From Candidatus Hodarchaeota archaeon (GTDB taxonomy: Archaea > Asgardarchaeota > Lokiarchaeia > Sigyniarchaeales > SOKP01), in assembly GCA_048886685.1 (NCBI GenBank), contig JBHLKM010000004.1:207989-267548 (forward strand): a stretch of 59,560 nucleotides of DNA. The letters run 5' to 3'. The position numbers and the translations under genes were made by a program. Positions 20,678 through 31,020 of the stretch are shown one piece after another (position 1 is the first letter of the stretch; every line of letters begins with the position of its first letter). Under the pieces are notes generated by a model. It did no database searches. It saw nothing but the letters and a program-made list of their open reading frames with translations, and was not told the origin of the DNA.

Positions 20678-21721
20678 TTATTCTTCTTCTTTACCCTCCT
20701 CTTCTAAATCATAATCTAAACTTGATTCAGGTTTATTTTCAGAAATTGGTGTTGAATGTAATCTTCTTACTAACTTTCTCACTTCCTCCACTTTGACGCT
20801 TTCAGGAGGCAAATTTACCTGAATCTTTTTAACAAGTTCATAAGCTAGTTCTATATACTTTAAATCTTCGAGAAATTCGATTATCTGTATTTGGTAATCT
20901 GTATCAAGCTGATCTCCATATTCCATTAATTTTTCTTTAAGTAGGATATCAATTTTATCCGATCTTTCAGACCATTTAATAGTTTTCACTAAATTTTTGA
21001 ATGAGTTCATCACGTTGTACATTTCAGATTTTGAATAACTGTCAATATTTTTTAGGACATAGAAAATGTAAAGCTCAGCTTTTTCCCATCTTTTAAACTT
21101 TAAACTTGCTTCTACAAGAGAAAGTAATGCTTGTTCATATAGGAATTTACTCTCAATGTTGGGAACAATCTTTTCGAATATCCAATCCAGTAAATTAGGT
21201 TGATCAAATTTCTCTATTATATCAATCAGAAATTTTTCAACTGAATAATACAACTTAGCATTTTCTGTTTTGGTAGATGATAGAAATGAAACTAATGCGT
21301 ACTTAACTCTACCCATCGCATCCTCTAAATTGACTGGTGTTTCAGCAAACTTGTAGAATGCTGATTCTAATATTGGTTGTATTTTATCCTTTGCATCAAA
21401 ATCATAAACAAAATATTCTCCCCATGCAGGACTGGGTTTACCAACTATTTTCATTTTAGTGACTTTTTTATCCCCTATAGCTCTGATGACTTTTGGTTGT
21501 TTAGCTTTTACTTTTCCCAAAAATTCTTTTGCTTGTTCTTCGGATACAAATTCTAAGATTATTTTGTTCTTTTCTTTAGGAACACTTAACTTAAAGAATA
21601 CATCTGAGTCTTCTTCAAATAATAACTCTCTTAGATTTTTTGGAAAGGTTATTCCCGTTTTGGTTTTTTTAACAATATCCTCAAAAAAAGACTCCTCATT
21701 CGATTTCTGATTTTCTGCCAT
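20678..21721 (-). CDS. AbrB/SpoVT-like N-terminal domain fused to an alpha-solenoid
   Basis: KTKTGITFPKNLRELL resembles the AbrB GxITIPKxxR motif; remainder is helical/TPR-like. Confidence 0.55.
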   Translation of the reverse strand: MAENQKSNEESFFEDIVKKTKTGITFPKNLRELLFEEDSDVFFKLSVPKEKNKIILEFVSEEQAKEFLGKVKAKQPKVIRAIGDKKVTKMKIVGKPSPAWGEYFVYDFDAKDKIQPILESAFYKFAETPVNLEDAMGRVKYALVSFLSSTKTENAKLYYSVEKFLIDIIEKFDQPNLLDWIFEKIVPNIESKFLYEQALLSLVEASLKFKRWEKAELYIFYVLKNIDSYSKSEMYNVMNSFKNLVKTIKWSERSDKIDILLKEKLMEYGDQLDTDYQIQIIEFLEDLKYIELAYELVKKIQVNLPPESVKVEEVRKLVRRLHSTPISENKPESSLDYDLEEEGKEEE

Positions 21722-21821
21722 ATTAATTTAAAGGTTTAAAGATTTAATAATTATTTCCAATCTTATTAATCTATAAATAAAAATAGAATTTTGAGAGAAA
21801 TAAGTTTAGATTTCTAATCCT

Positions 21822-22415
21822 TTATCCAGTAATATTTACAAGTTCTACTCCGCGATGATGAAAATTCTGGTCTATAAAGCATAATATCGAATGACCTTCA
21901 TGAACATATACAATAGGGACTGGGTAAGAATCGGCGTTTTCAATCATACTTTTTTTAACAAATAAGGGAAGTACTTTATTACATACTCTACATTCAACTT
22001 GAATTCTCTTTACTAATTCCAAATCGGCAAAATTTTTTATAGCATATTCTATAATTTCGTTAAATCCGTTAAACATTGATGGGTTGAAGTCTTCATACGA
22101 CATAATAATTTCTACATCATACATATCATGAAATTTAGAACTCACATGCTCTAGTAAAGCTTCTAGTAGTTGAAATTGCACTTTAAGACTAGCTCCAACA
22201 GTATATATTAGATTATCTCTTCGAATGTAAGCTAATTTCATATTCCCTTTGTCCTTATGGAAGAATATATCACTTACAGGGGTTTCTTTAATAATATTTA
22301 AATCCAAATCAAATCTTCTGAAAGACTTTTTTGGTTTCCACTCAAATAACGTGGATTCTTCATTACTAATGTTGATAAATTCAAGAAATTCTCCGATATT
22401 TCTATAGACAGGCAT
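21822..22415 (-). CDS. Longin-like domain + C-terminal CxxC/His metal-binding module
   Basis: beta-beta-alpha-beta-beta-beta-alpha-alpha pattern (DNLIYTVGA..SSKFHDMY..FNGFNEII) then CRVC..HEGHS..IDQNF..RG. Confidence 0.6.
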   Translation of the reverse strand: MPVYRNIGEFLEFINISNEESTLFEWKPKKSFRRFDLDLNIIKETPVSDIFFHKDKGNMKLAYIRRDNLIYTVGASLKVQFQLLEALLEHVSSKFHDMYDVEIIMSYEDFNPSMFNGFNEIIEYAIKNFADLELVKRIQVECRVCNKVLPLFVKKSMIENADSYPVPIVYVHEGHSILCFIDQNFHHRGVELVNITG

Positions 22416-22580
22416 CAATTAAATATATACCAATTTAATTTAACTACTTAATGATACTAAACCTATTTATATCTTTCAATTACATTAATAACTTTAAAAA
22501 TCATCTATCCTTGAATCAGATAAATTTATAAATGGTTTGCATATATTATAGAAATAAAAAAAACAAGATTGATTTGTAAA

Positions 22581-23240
22581 ATGATATATTTAGAAGAAAC
22601 TCTCAATCTTTTACCAGCCCATCCAGAAAATCTTGATAAATTTGTTGGTTTGGCACAAGAAAAATTGATTCCTGCATGTGAACGGTTAGGAACAAAAATA
22701 GTGGCAGCATGGACTTCTACTGTTGATTGGTTCAGTCAGGTGACCCAAATAATGGAATTCAATGATATGGAAGCTTTAAAAAAATTCCGTATTGATGCTA
22801 GTAATGATATTGGATGGGGAGAATATGCCGCCCAGCTAGAAGAAATTGCTCCAGAACGACGATCACGCTTATTAGAACCACTGGGACCAATTCCTCCAGA
22901 AACTCTACATAAGGCGATTGAAGCAAGCAAAAAGTCGCCTATAAAAGTATATGGTGTAGCAACCCTTGAGGTAGCTCCAAATAAGATGCCTCAATTTCTT
23001 CAAGGATTTGAACAAGGTATAAAAAATAATTCACCTATAATAGCACTCATTATAGCTAGCTGGCGTCCTATAGGTGGAAGCCCAAATGAAGTAATTGATC
23101 TATGGAAAATGTATTCTCCTCCTCAAGGTTATCGACCTGCTGATGATTTTTCTAAGCAATTTTTTAGACCACTTAGAGAACTTGCTCCTAAAGAACATTA
23201 TAGGGGAGTTAGCATGTTACCTTATTCAGAATTACAATAA
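22581..23240 (+). CDS. Tandem NIPSNAP-domain protein
   Basis: Two similar halves (AAWTST..QIMEFNDM..R; ASWRPIGGSPNEVIDLW) and a PYS.LQ terminus. Confidence 0.75.
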   Translation: MIYLEETLNLLPAHPENLDKFVGLAQEKLIPACERLGTKIVAAWTSTVDWFSQVTQIMEFNDMEALKKFRIDASNDIGWGEYAAQLEEIAPERRSRLLEPLGPIPPETLHKAIEASKKSPIKVYGVATLEVAPNKMPQFLQGFEQGIKNNSPIIALIIASWRPIGGSPNEVIDLWKMYSPPQGYRPADDFSKQFFRPLRELAPKEHYRGVSMLPYSELQ

Positions 23241-23403
23241 TTTTCATATATACGTATTACTTCGAAATAAAATGTATTCTAAAATATTTTAAGATTTTTT
23301 TTTATTCTGGATTATCTCCTAATGAAATGTTATCAAAACATTTTTATCATAGATTATATTTGCTTGTACTAAAATTAAATGATAATGATGGGTTGCAGTT
23401 AAT

Positions 23404-24246
23404 TTGAATAAAAAAAAACGTAAAGAAGAATTGAGTTCTTTTCAAGAAACTCAAAGAGCAGAAGAATATAAAAATTTAACTTTTACAGTAGTTTTAGTGC
23501 GCCCTGAACATACTGGAAATATAGGGTTCATTGCGCGTGTCATGAAAAATTTTAATTTCAAAAAATTGGTAATTTTTAATCCTAGCGAAAGTAAGGAGAA
23601 AATTTTTAGCTATGAAACTCAAGGATTTGCTATGCATGGAAAAGAGATTCTATTGAATGCTGATATAAAAGAATTAAGTGATCAAAAGAATCACATGACC
23701 GAATTTAGAAATTTACTTGCCCAATTTGATTTGGTCATTGCGACTACAGCAAGAGGGGAGAGGAATTCTAATATAAAAAGGTTAGCATTATTTCCTATGG
23801 ATTTATTATTACCAATTTCAGCTAAACCCATAAATATCGCAGTTTTATTTGGAAGAGAATCTCGAGGATTAACTAATGATGAGATTAGTATCGCAGATAT
23901 CTTACTAAGAATACCTACAGGCTCGGATTATCCTGCTCTAAATATATCACATGCTTGTGGAGTAATATTGTACGAGATATTCAAAAAGATACATAAAATA
24001 CATATTGGAAGAGGAGATCATCCTGTTTTACTAGCAGATAGAGAAGATCGTCAATTACTTCAAAAAATAACTCAAAATATTATAAACAAATTAAAAATAA
24101 GAAATCATAGAAAGGAAAATGTGAAATTTGCCTTTAGAAACGTTTTTGAAAGAGCCTTTTTGTCAAAGAGAGAATTAAGCTTAATTACGGGTTTGTTTTC
24201 CAAAATTGATAGTATATTAGAAACTTTAAATCTGTACGAAAATTAA
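23404..24246 (+). CDS. trmJ: tRNA (C/U32)-2'-O-methyltransferase, SPOUT/TrmJ family
   Basis: VVLVRPEHTGNIGFIARVMKNF, FGRESRGLTNDE, YPALNISHA. Confidence 0.9.
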   Translation: MNKKKRKEELSSFQETQRAEEYKNLTFTVVLVRPEHTGNIGFIARVMKNFNFKKLVIFNPSESKEKIFSYETQGFAMHGKEILLNADIKELSDQKNHMTEFRNLLAQFDLVIATTARGERNSNIKRLALFPMDLLLPISAKPINIAVLFGRESRGLTNDEISIADILLRIPTGSDYPALNISHACGVILYEIFKKIHKIHIGRGDHPVLLADREDRQLLQKITQNIINKLKIRNHRKENVKFAFRNVFERAFLSKRELSLITGLFSKIDSILETLNLYEN

Positions 24247-24273
24247 TTCTAAAAAAATATTAAATAAATTGAA

Positions 24274-25263
24274 TTAAATTTTTTCCTTTTTAGTTACAAT
24301 ATTTTTTTTAATAATGAGGAAATATATAATTAAAGCTCCAATAATTAATTGAATACTCGCTAAGATAATCATTATCCACATGGGAATCCCAGTTAATGAG
24401 GAAAATTTTATAATGTCTCCTTCTGTGCTTCCTATCAAAAACCAATGAGGAAGTCCAATAGAATTATTAATAGTATATAAGGGAAAGTCCAAGAATGAAA
24501 TAATCAATAAAAATGTAATAAAAAAATTTATCCGATTTTGAGGCTTTAAAAATAATACGATAGTTAATATACATATAACCAACCATTGGAAAATTTCACC
24601 TCCTAACATAATTAAGGGAACTAGATTTGATGGAACGTTAGCAAAACCAACATACCCTGCATTAAACTCTCCACCTAATAAAACGGGAAAAGGATAAAAT
24701 TCAGTAATTTTTCCTCCTGAAATTAATATGAAAAATGCATGACCACTCTCATGTAAAAAATCGCTAATGAGTAGAGCTACAATCAGTACAACTAAAGTAT
24801 AGAGATATTTTTTCATGAAGCCTTCTATGTAAAGAATAAGGATTGAGTTAAAAATTAGAAGAACAAATAGTAAGATACTAAATATCGCTCCAATTTCTAA
24901 ACCATCTAATTTAGTTGGAGGCCATCCGGTAGGATTTATAATTATTGAATGTGGATTAAAAATTGGTAATATGACGTAAATAATTGAAATTATTGGAGTC
25001 AGAGATAAGATATAAGGTCTGACCCGTTTCAATTTACTAGATTGTAGGAAAACTATGTTAGTGACTACTAACATAATAATTATGTAAAATATTGAAATCT
25101 CTATTGAAGAATAAGTTTCATATTTTAGCACAGGTAACGATTCACTTGCTTGAGCGTGGATTACTGAAATCGTATTAATATTCAAAAGGAGAAGAGTAAA
25201 AGCTACTACCAAGATAAATAAATTGAGGAAAAATGATATCCATTTAAGTAATTCTTTTCTCAT
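24274..25263 (-). CDS. Membrane Zn metalloprotease, M50-like
   Basis: LHESGH within a TM helix, downstream GD motif, multiple TMs. Confidence 0.7.
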   Translation of the reverse strand: MRKELLKWISFFLNLFILVVAFTLLLLNINTISVIHAQASESLPVLKYETYSSIEISIFYIIIMLVVTNIVFLQSSKLKRVRPYILSLTPIISIIYVILPIFNPHSIIINPTGWPPTKLDGLEIGAIFSILLFVLLIFNSILILYIEGFMKKYLYTLVVLIVALLISDFLHESGHAFFILISGGKITEFYPFPVLLGGEFNAGYVGFANVPSNLVPLIMLGGEIFQWLVICILTIVLFLKPQNRINFFITFLLIISFLDFPLYTINNSIGLPHWFLIGSTEGDIIKFSSLTGIPMWIMIILASIQLIIGALIIYFLIIKKNIVTKKEKI

Positions 25264-25413
25264 CTTTATATATATAACTAACTTATTTTTATAAAATTAT
25301 AAATATATTGTATACTACTTCTTTAAATCACTGTAAAAGAAAAAAAGTAATTGAAAATTGGACTCCTATTATAATAAAATAAATCTTGAATTTTTTAGAC
25401 ATAGTGAATTTAA

Positions 25414-25872
25414 ATGAATGGAAATAAAACTCTGATTGCATATATGTCAAAATCGGGTGTTACGGCGGAAAACGCTAAAATAATTTCAGATATCTTAAAA
25501 TCCGATTATGACCATGAAGTTGATCTTATTAATTTAAAGGAAAATAATAAACCCGATCTTTCTCAATATGATAATATCATTATTGGCAGTGGAATTAGAA
25601 TGGCAAGATGGTATGGAAAAGCTAATAAATTCCTCAAAAATGACTTTAAAGGTAAAAAAGTAGCAATATTTTTATCTTCTGGCGCAGCAGGGGATCCTGA
25701 AACTTATCAAGAGGCGATCACCAAATATATCGACAATAAATTAATCAAAAATCCTCATGTCAAACCTGTATTAACTGAAGCATTTGGGGGAAGATATTCT
25801 AATTTTGATTATACAGATCCAGAGAAGGTTAAGATATGGGCAACAGAATTAGGAAAAAAGTTAATAGAGTAA
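25414..25872 (+). CDS. Flavodoxin-domain protein (HemG-like)
   Basis: YMSKSGVTAENA FMN loop, YDNIIIGSGI, FGG. Confidence 0.85.
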   Translation: MNGNKTLIAYMSKSGVTAENAKIISDILKSDYDHEVDLINLKENNKPDLSQYDNIIIGSGIRMARWYGKANKFLKNDFKGKKVAIFLSSGAAGDPETYQEAITKYIDNKLIKNPHVKPVLTEAFGGRYSNFDYTDPEKVKIWATELGKKLIE

Positions 25873-26017
25873 ACTTTGGTTTATACTCTTTTTTTTAATA
25901 TTTATTTATGTTGATAGATCTAGGAGATCTTTAAAGACATTGAAGGGCTTTAATTGCTAATCTTTATAACTCATTTGACTTTCTTTTATAAGGATATCTG
26001 TGAGTTTCTTCATAAAG

Positions 26018-27214
26018 TTATAAGTTTACATATTTCTCTGCTAGTTCTCGATAGTGCGGAGGGCACCCCGGAACATATACAGAGTCTGGATATAATTTAG
26101 ATACTTCTTCTGTACAATCTCCACAAAATAGAAAGACACCATGGTCTTCAGGAATGTCCTTTTCTTCTGTTCTTCCGATAAAAAAATCAATCCTATCGTA
26201 TTTTTTGTCCCTTTCCTTCAATTTCTCTCTTAATTCTGGAGTGTAAGCTATTTTTCTATTCATTCGAGTCATAGCCATTTGACACCCTGTACAAGTCCAC
26301 ATAGATGAGTGATGATACATATTTCCATAGGGTTCAGTACGTTTGACTGGTCTTTTAAACTGTTCTTCACATATTAGAGGTAGACTCCCCGGGGCTAAAG
26401 ATACCTCAACTTCTACCAAGTGTTCTATTAGATCTAACGGAATTCCCATAATTTGACAGCTTGCATTGTCTAACTCTAGCATATCAGTTCCCCCTATGCA
26501 AATATTCAATTTTTTCACCCAAGTTGCACCAGGAATTGTTGTAGGACCATTACCTTCTAAAGCAGTAGTAGCATCACAGATAGCAAGCTCAGGTTTTACT
26601 AATTTCCCTAGTTCATATATACATTCATGGAGATTACTATGATATATATTATCTTCATCTCTAAATCCAAGATGGAACCTTTTTTTATCTCTTAAAAGAA
26701 GAAGTCCTATTTGATTTTTAACACCTAAAGTAACCATACATATACCATGAGTTTTCATCTTAGGGAGATTAATATAACTGTGCGTTTTTAAAAGAGAAGG
26801 AAGTTTTAATTTATACGGTGGGAATTTCCATTTATACTCATCTAACTCTATGTATTCCAAATTAACGAGACTCACAGGAATATTATAATTTACTTTCAAA
26901 TTTTCAACCATTTCCCTATAACCTGATGTTTCAATAAGGCGTTCAAAAGTTTCTGGTTTTTCTGAAAAATATCCCGAGTTTTCTCCTATTACAAAATCTT
27001 CTACATCAAATTTATCGTTTAGCGCTAATATTAAACCAGCGCATACTATCGGATCTACATCTACAGCATGATCTGGTGGTAGAGCATCGACTAAGTTTGG
27101 TTTGATGAAGATCCGTCGTTTTGATGGCTTATAACCAAGTTGCTCAATTAATTTCTCCATAGCTAGTTTAACTTCACCTAACGATTCCGGATTTACTTGA
27201 ACAATAGTTATCAT
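26018..27214 (-). CDS. DUF362 Fe-S protein
   Basis: IKPN, NLPKMKTH..TLGVKN, EGNGP; C-terminal CTGC, CGDC, GCPP. Confidence 0.85.
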   Translation of the reverse strand: MITIVQVNPESLGEVKLAMEKLIEQLGYKPSKRRIFIKPNLVDALPPDHAVDVDPIVCAGLILALNDKFDVEDFVIGENSGYFSEKPETFERLIETSGYREMVENLKVNYNIPVSLVNLEYIELDEYKWKFPPYKLKLPSLLKTHSYINLPKMKTHGICMVTLGVKNQIGLLLLRDKKRFHLGFRDEDNIYHSNLHECIYELGKLVKPELAICDATTALEGNGPTTIPGATWVKKLNICIGGTDMLELDNASCQIMGIPLDLIEHLVEVEVSLAPGSLPLICEEQFKRPVKRTEPYGNMYHHSSMWTCTGCQMAMTRMNRKIAYTPELREKLKERDKKYDRIDFFIGRTEEKDIPEDHGVFLFCGDCTEEVSKLYPDSVYVPGCPPHYRELAEKYVNL

Positions 27215-27328
27215 TTTTACTTCACAACTTCAAAATATTACTAAAAATTAAAATATTTTTACTACATTTCATAAGAAAAAGATTTTATAATTGAAGGAAA
27301 AAAGGAACTATATCATTGAGGTTAAATT

Positions 27329-28918
27329 ATGGTTGAGGAAATACTTATTAAGAAAGGGAAAATAATTGATGGAACGGGAAATCCTTGGTATTTAGCTGAT
27401 ATAAGAATTAAAAAGGGAATGATAACAAAAATATCTTCAAATCTTAGAGCTGAATTGGATGAAACCATCGTTATTGACGCAAATGGTCTTGTTGTAAGCC
27501 CAGGATTTATAGACGTTCACTCTCATGCTGATATATCACTCAATTATGACACAAAATTAGAATGTTTAGCTCAACAGGGAATTACGACTATCGTAGTTGG
27601 TAACTGTGGTATGTCTCATGCACCAATAAATCCCGAAAAAGATGAATATTTCAGAAAATCCTTTGAAGTCGAGAGGCAAATACCTTGGCATACATTCAAG
27701 GAATATCTACATATATTAGAAAACCAAGGTAGTTCTTTAAATGTAGTGCCTTTAGTTGGATTCGGAATAGTTCGTCGATCAGTTTTAGAAGATGCTCCTC
27801 GAAGCCCCTCAAAAAAAGAGTTAAAACAAATGCAATCATATGTTGAAGAAGCAATGCAAGCAGGGGCATTTGGTATTTCCACAGGATTGATTTATCCTCC
27901 TCAAACAAATGCGAAAACCCGAGAAATTATCGAATGTGCTAAAATCGCAGGTAAATATGGGGGATTATATTTTAGCCATATGAGAGATGAAGCAGATCAT
28001 GTACTGGAAGCAATTAAAGAGCTGATAAGGATTGTAGAAAAATCAAGGTGTCGAAGTGGACAAATTTCACATATTAAAGTTGCAGGACCTCTAAATTGGG
28101 GTAAAGGTATAGAGATGCTTCAATTGATAGAAGAAGCTAATGATCGAGGATTAATAATTCGAGCTGATCAATATCCATATAAGAGAGGTATGAATTCATT
28201 AAAGGATTCTTTACCAGACTGGGCAAAAGAGGGAGGAAACGAGGAGATTATCCAAAAGCTGCAAGATTCTAAATCTAGAGAAAAAATAAAAGAAGACATG
28301 GAAGAGCGTTTTAATAATACTAAAATGTCATGGGATAAAATCTTTGTAGCTTCTCAAAGAACAGATAAATGGAGAGATATTGAAGGTTTGTCGGTGTCTG
28401 AGATTGCTAAGATGAAACAATCTTCTAGCGAATTTGATATATTCTGCGAAATTCTGATTGACAACCAAGCACGTGTAGAACAAATTACTGAGTATGGAAA
28501 TGAAGATGATGTGAAAACTTTAATGAAAAGTCGTTTCACTATGATTGGGACAGATGGTTGGTCAGTACCTATGGGATCTGGTAAACCACATCCTAGATTT
28601 TATGGAACATATCCAAGAATCCTAGGAAAATATGTTCGTGAGGAAAATGTACTCAGTTTAGAAAATGCAATTAGAAAAATGACTTCATTCCCTGCTCAAA
28701 CATTAGGTCTATTAAATAGAGGTCTAGTTCGAGAGGGGATGTGGGCAGATATCGTAATATTTAATCCAGAAACGATCATTGATAAAGCAACTTATATTGA
28801 TCCTCATCAATACCCCGATGGTATACATTACGTAATTATAAATGGTGAAATTGTTGTAGCAAATAAGCAACATACCTTAGCTAAACCAGGAAAGATACTG
28901 AGAAGGAATTCTCCTTAA
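27329..28918 (+). CDS. N-acyl-D-amino-acid deacylase (D-aminoacylase)
   Basis: IIDGTGNPW, PGFIDVHSHAD, GNCG, SHMRDE, HPRFYGTYPR, ADIVIF. Confidence 0.93.
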   Translation: MVEEILIKKGKIIDGTGNPWYLADIRIKKGMITKISSNLRAELDETIVIDANGLVVSPGFIDVHSHADISLNYDTKLECLAQQGITTIVVGNCGMSHAPINPEKDEYFRKSFEVERQIPWHTFKEYLHILENQGSSLNVVPLVGFGIVRRSVLEDAPRSPSKKELKQMQSYVEEAMQAGAFGISTGLIYPPQTNAKTREIIECAKIAGKYGGLYFSHMRDEADHVLEAIKELIRIVEKSRCRSGQISHIKVAGPLNWGKGIEMLQLIEEANDRGLIIRADQYPYKRGMNSLKDSLPDWAKEGGNEEIIQKLQDSKSREKIKEDMEERFNNTKMSWDKIFVASQRTDKWRDIEGLSVSEIAKMKQSSSEFDIFCEILIDNQARVEQITEYGNEDDVKTLMKSRFTMIGTDGWSVPMGSGKPHPRFYGTYPRILGKYVREENVLSLENAIRKMTSFPAQTLGLLNRGLVREGMWADIVIFNPETIIDKATYIDPHQYPDGIHYVIINGEIVVANKQHTLAKPGKILRRNSP

Positions 28919-28987
28919 TTTACATTCAAGTTGGAAATATAGTCTAATAATTATAAAAAAGAACTTGCCAACTGTAAAATATAATGA

Positions 28988-29497
28988 TTAAATCGGCTCA
29001 GCATCTATTAAAACTGCTGCTAAAAGAGCTGGTTTGGAGCCTTTATTTATCCATGCATGATTCGTACCCCGTTGAATTACAACATCAAATGGTTTTAATT
29101 CCACTTCCCCTTCATCCAGAAGCATAGTAACCTCCCCTTCAAGAAATATAATATAATCAACTGTTTTAGTTTTATGCATACGTGGATGTCTTGAAGTGTC
29201 TGGTCGACAATGTGAAGCATCAATTGCCGCAAAACGAGCTGCTATCTCTTTTTCTACTTCTTCTGCTGATTTAGAGGGATCTTCAGGGAACACTTGAAAG
29301 AAACCAAATTTGGAACCATTTGCGGGGGGTTCAAGTCTAAATTTTCGCTTCGCAGCATCATTTTTATGTTTATTATCTGCAGGAGAACTATCTGTAACCC
29401 ATAACCTTAATCCCCCATAAGGAGGACCGTCATAAGCTACAACTGATTTACCCTCATCATTATGACCAGTTATTATTCTTCTTAACTTTCTTACCAT
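28988..29497 (-). CDS. Cupin domain protein
   Basis: RRIITGHNDEGKS, MHKTKTVDY, VIQRGTNHAW. Confidence 0.9.
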   Translation of the reverse strand: MVRKLRRIITGHNDEGKSVVAYDGPPYGGLRLWVTDSSPADNKHKNDAAKRKFRLEPPANGSKFGFFQVFPEDPSKSAEEVEKEIAARFAAIDASHCRPDTSRHPRMHKTKTVDYIIFLEGEVTMLLDEGEVELKPFDVVIQRGTNHAWINKGSKPALLAAVLIDAEPI

Positions 29498-29675
29498 TCT
29501 TTCTCTTTCCTCTTCCTATTATATGGTCATTCAATTCTGAAATTTTCTAATTAATTGTTAATAATACTTTTGGAATAAACAAGTTTATACTATTTTTATA
29601 TTATCAATACTATTATAATATTTATAAAAACAATTGTATAACTATGGAGTATAATAATAAATTGGAGGATTCCCC

Positions 29676-30347
29676 TTGAGTTTCGAAATTTGGTTATCTG
29701 GTTTTCTCTATCTGTTTATCTTGGTTTTACAAATTGCAATGGCAGCATTTGGTTATATATTAGAACCAACCCCAAAACATTATGAATCAGATACTAAGTT
29801 GCTAGAAATTAACAAAAATCCAAAGAGATTTAAAATAGGAGTCGTGTTAGCACTTATAGAACATTTTTGCGTCATTACACTTCCTATAATGTTATTTATG
29901 GCTTTTAAGTCTTATAACATAATACTTGGAATTATTTGGACCATATTTCGAGTACCTGAAGGTGCGATCCAGATCTATATTGAGAAGGACTATTTTGGGC
30001 TACTTAGTTTAGCAGAGAAATACTCAGTTGGTGGTGATACAGAAAAAGAATCGTTGATGGATTCATATCGTAGCATCCTTAAAACAAAAAGTACTAGATT
30101 CACATTTGCTATGATTGGTTGGTCCATTGGTACACTCGCATTTTCAATCATGTTAATTACCTATGGAGTTGCACCCCTCTTTATTGGATGGTTAGGAATT
30201 GTTGCAAGTATTGTAATTGGCTCAGTTAATGTGATAAAACTTGTAAGATCCAAATTTAAAGCCTATGAAGCAATTTCATCCATCGGTGGTTTGTTGTCGA
30301 TTCTATTCGAAGTACTCATTGGGGGATGGCTTTTATTTTTTGGCTAA
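29676..30347 (+). CDS. DUF4386-like membrane protein
   Basis: SGFLYL start, about 6 TMs, PLFIGWLG, FEVLIGGWLL end. Confidence 0.75.
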   Translation: MSFEIWLSGFLYLFILVLQIAMAAFGYILEPTPKHYESDTKLLEINKNPKRFKIGVVLALIEHFCVITLPIMLFMAFKSYNIILGIIWTIFRVPEGAIQIYIEKDYFGLLSLAEKYSVGGDTEKESLMDSYRSILKTKSTRFTFAMIGWSIGTLAFSIMLITYGVAPLFIGWLGIVASIVIGSVNVIKLVRSKFKAYEAISSIGGLLSILFEVLIGGWLLFFG

Positions 30348-30420
30348 TCATCCCATAGCTAATTTATTAAAAATTTTTTAAAAATAAAAATTAAATATCG
30401 AATTTAGTATATTTTATTTC

Positions 30421-30486
30421 GCAGCTCACGAGTATGTTGATAAGGGGCAGAAAAAGGGAATTGTAATTATTAAAGTAGGTGAATAA
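30421..30486 (+). pseudogene. 3'-terminal relic of an NAD(P)-dependent alcohol dehydrogenase
   Basis: Translates to AAHEYVDKGQKKGIVIIKVGE*, matching EAHRYVEKGQKTGNVVITI of the 31021-32022 protein. Confidence 0.7.
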
Positions 30487-30488
30487 TT

Positions 30489-30953
30489 ATGAAATCTCTA
30501 TTAGTATTATATTCCTATCATCATAATAATACTGAGAAAATCGCTAAGGTTTTCGCAAAAGTTCTCGATGCCCAAATAAAAACGCCACAGCAAATAATTC
30601 CCGAAGAGCTTCAGGAATACGACCTAATAGGTTTTGGATCAGGGATATATAGTGCAAAGCACCATAAACTTCTGCTTGACCTTGCCGATATACTCCCACA
30701 AGTTCCCAATACGAAAGCATTCATTTTTTCAACCGCCACCCTAACAGGAAAAAAAAAGGTCGTCAAAGATCACTCACAGCTTAGGGAAAAACTGCAATCG
30801 AAAGGTTACATGATTATCGGTGATTTTCAGTGTAAAGGTTTTAACACAAATAGTTTCATGAAATATTTTGGGGGAATGAATAAGGGTAGACCTAATGCTG
30901 AAAACCTCAAAAATGCAGAAGAATTTGCTCTGAACCTGAAGCAAAACCTATAA
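30489..30953 (+). CDS. Flavodoxin family protein
   Basis: YSYHHNNTEKIA, GFGSGIY, KGRPN. Confidence 0.88.
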   Translation: MKSLLVLYSYHHNNTEKIAKVFAKVLDAQIKTPQQIIPEELQEYDLIGFGSGIYSAKHHKLLLDLADILPQVPNTKAFIFSTATLTGKKKVVKDHSQLREKLQSKGYMIIGDFQCKGFNTNSFMKYFGGMNKGRPNAENLKNAEEFALNLKQNL

Positions 30954-31020
30954 AGTAAATGAAATGTTAACTCATAATAACCGTGGAATATTTATCAATT
31001 AAAAAAAGAAGGATACTCAA

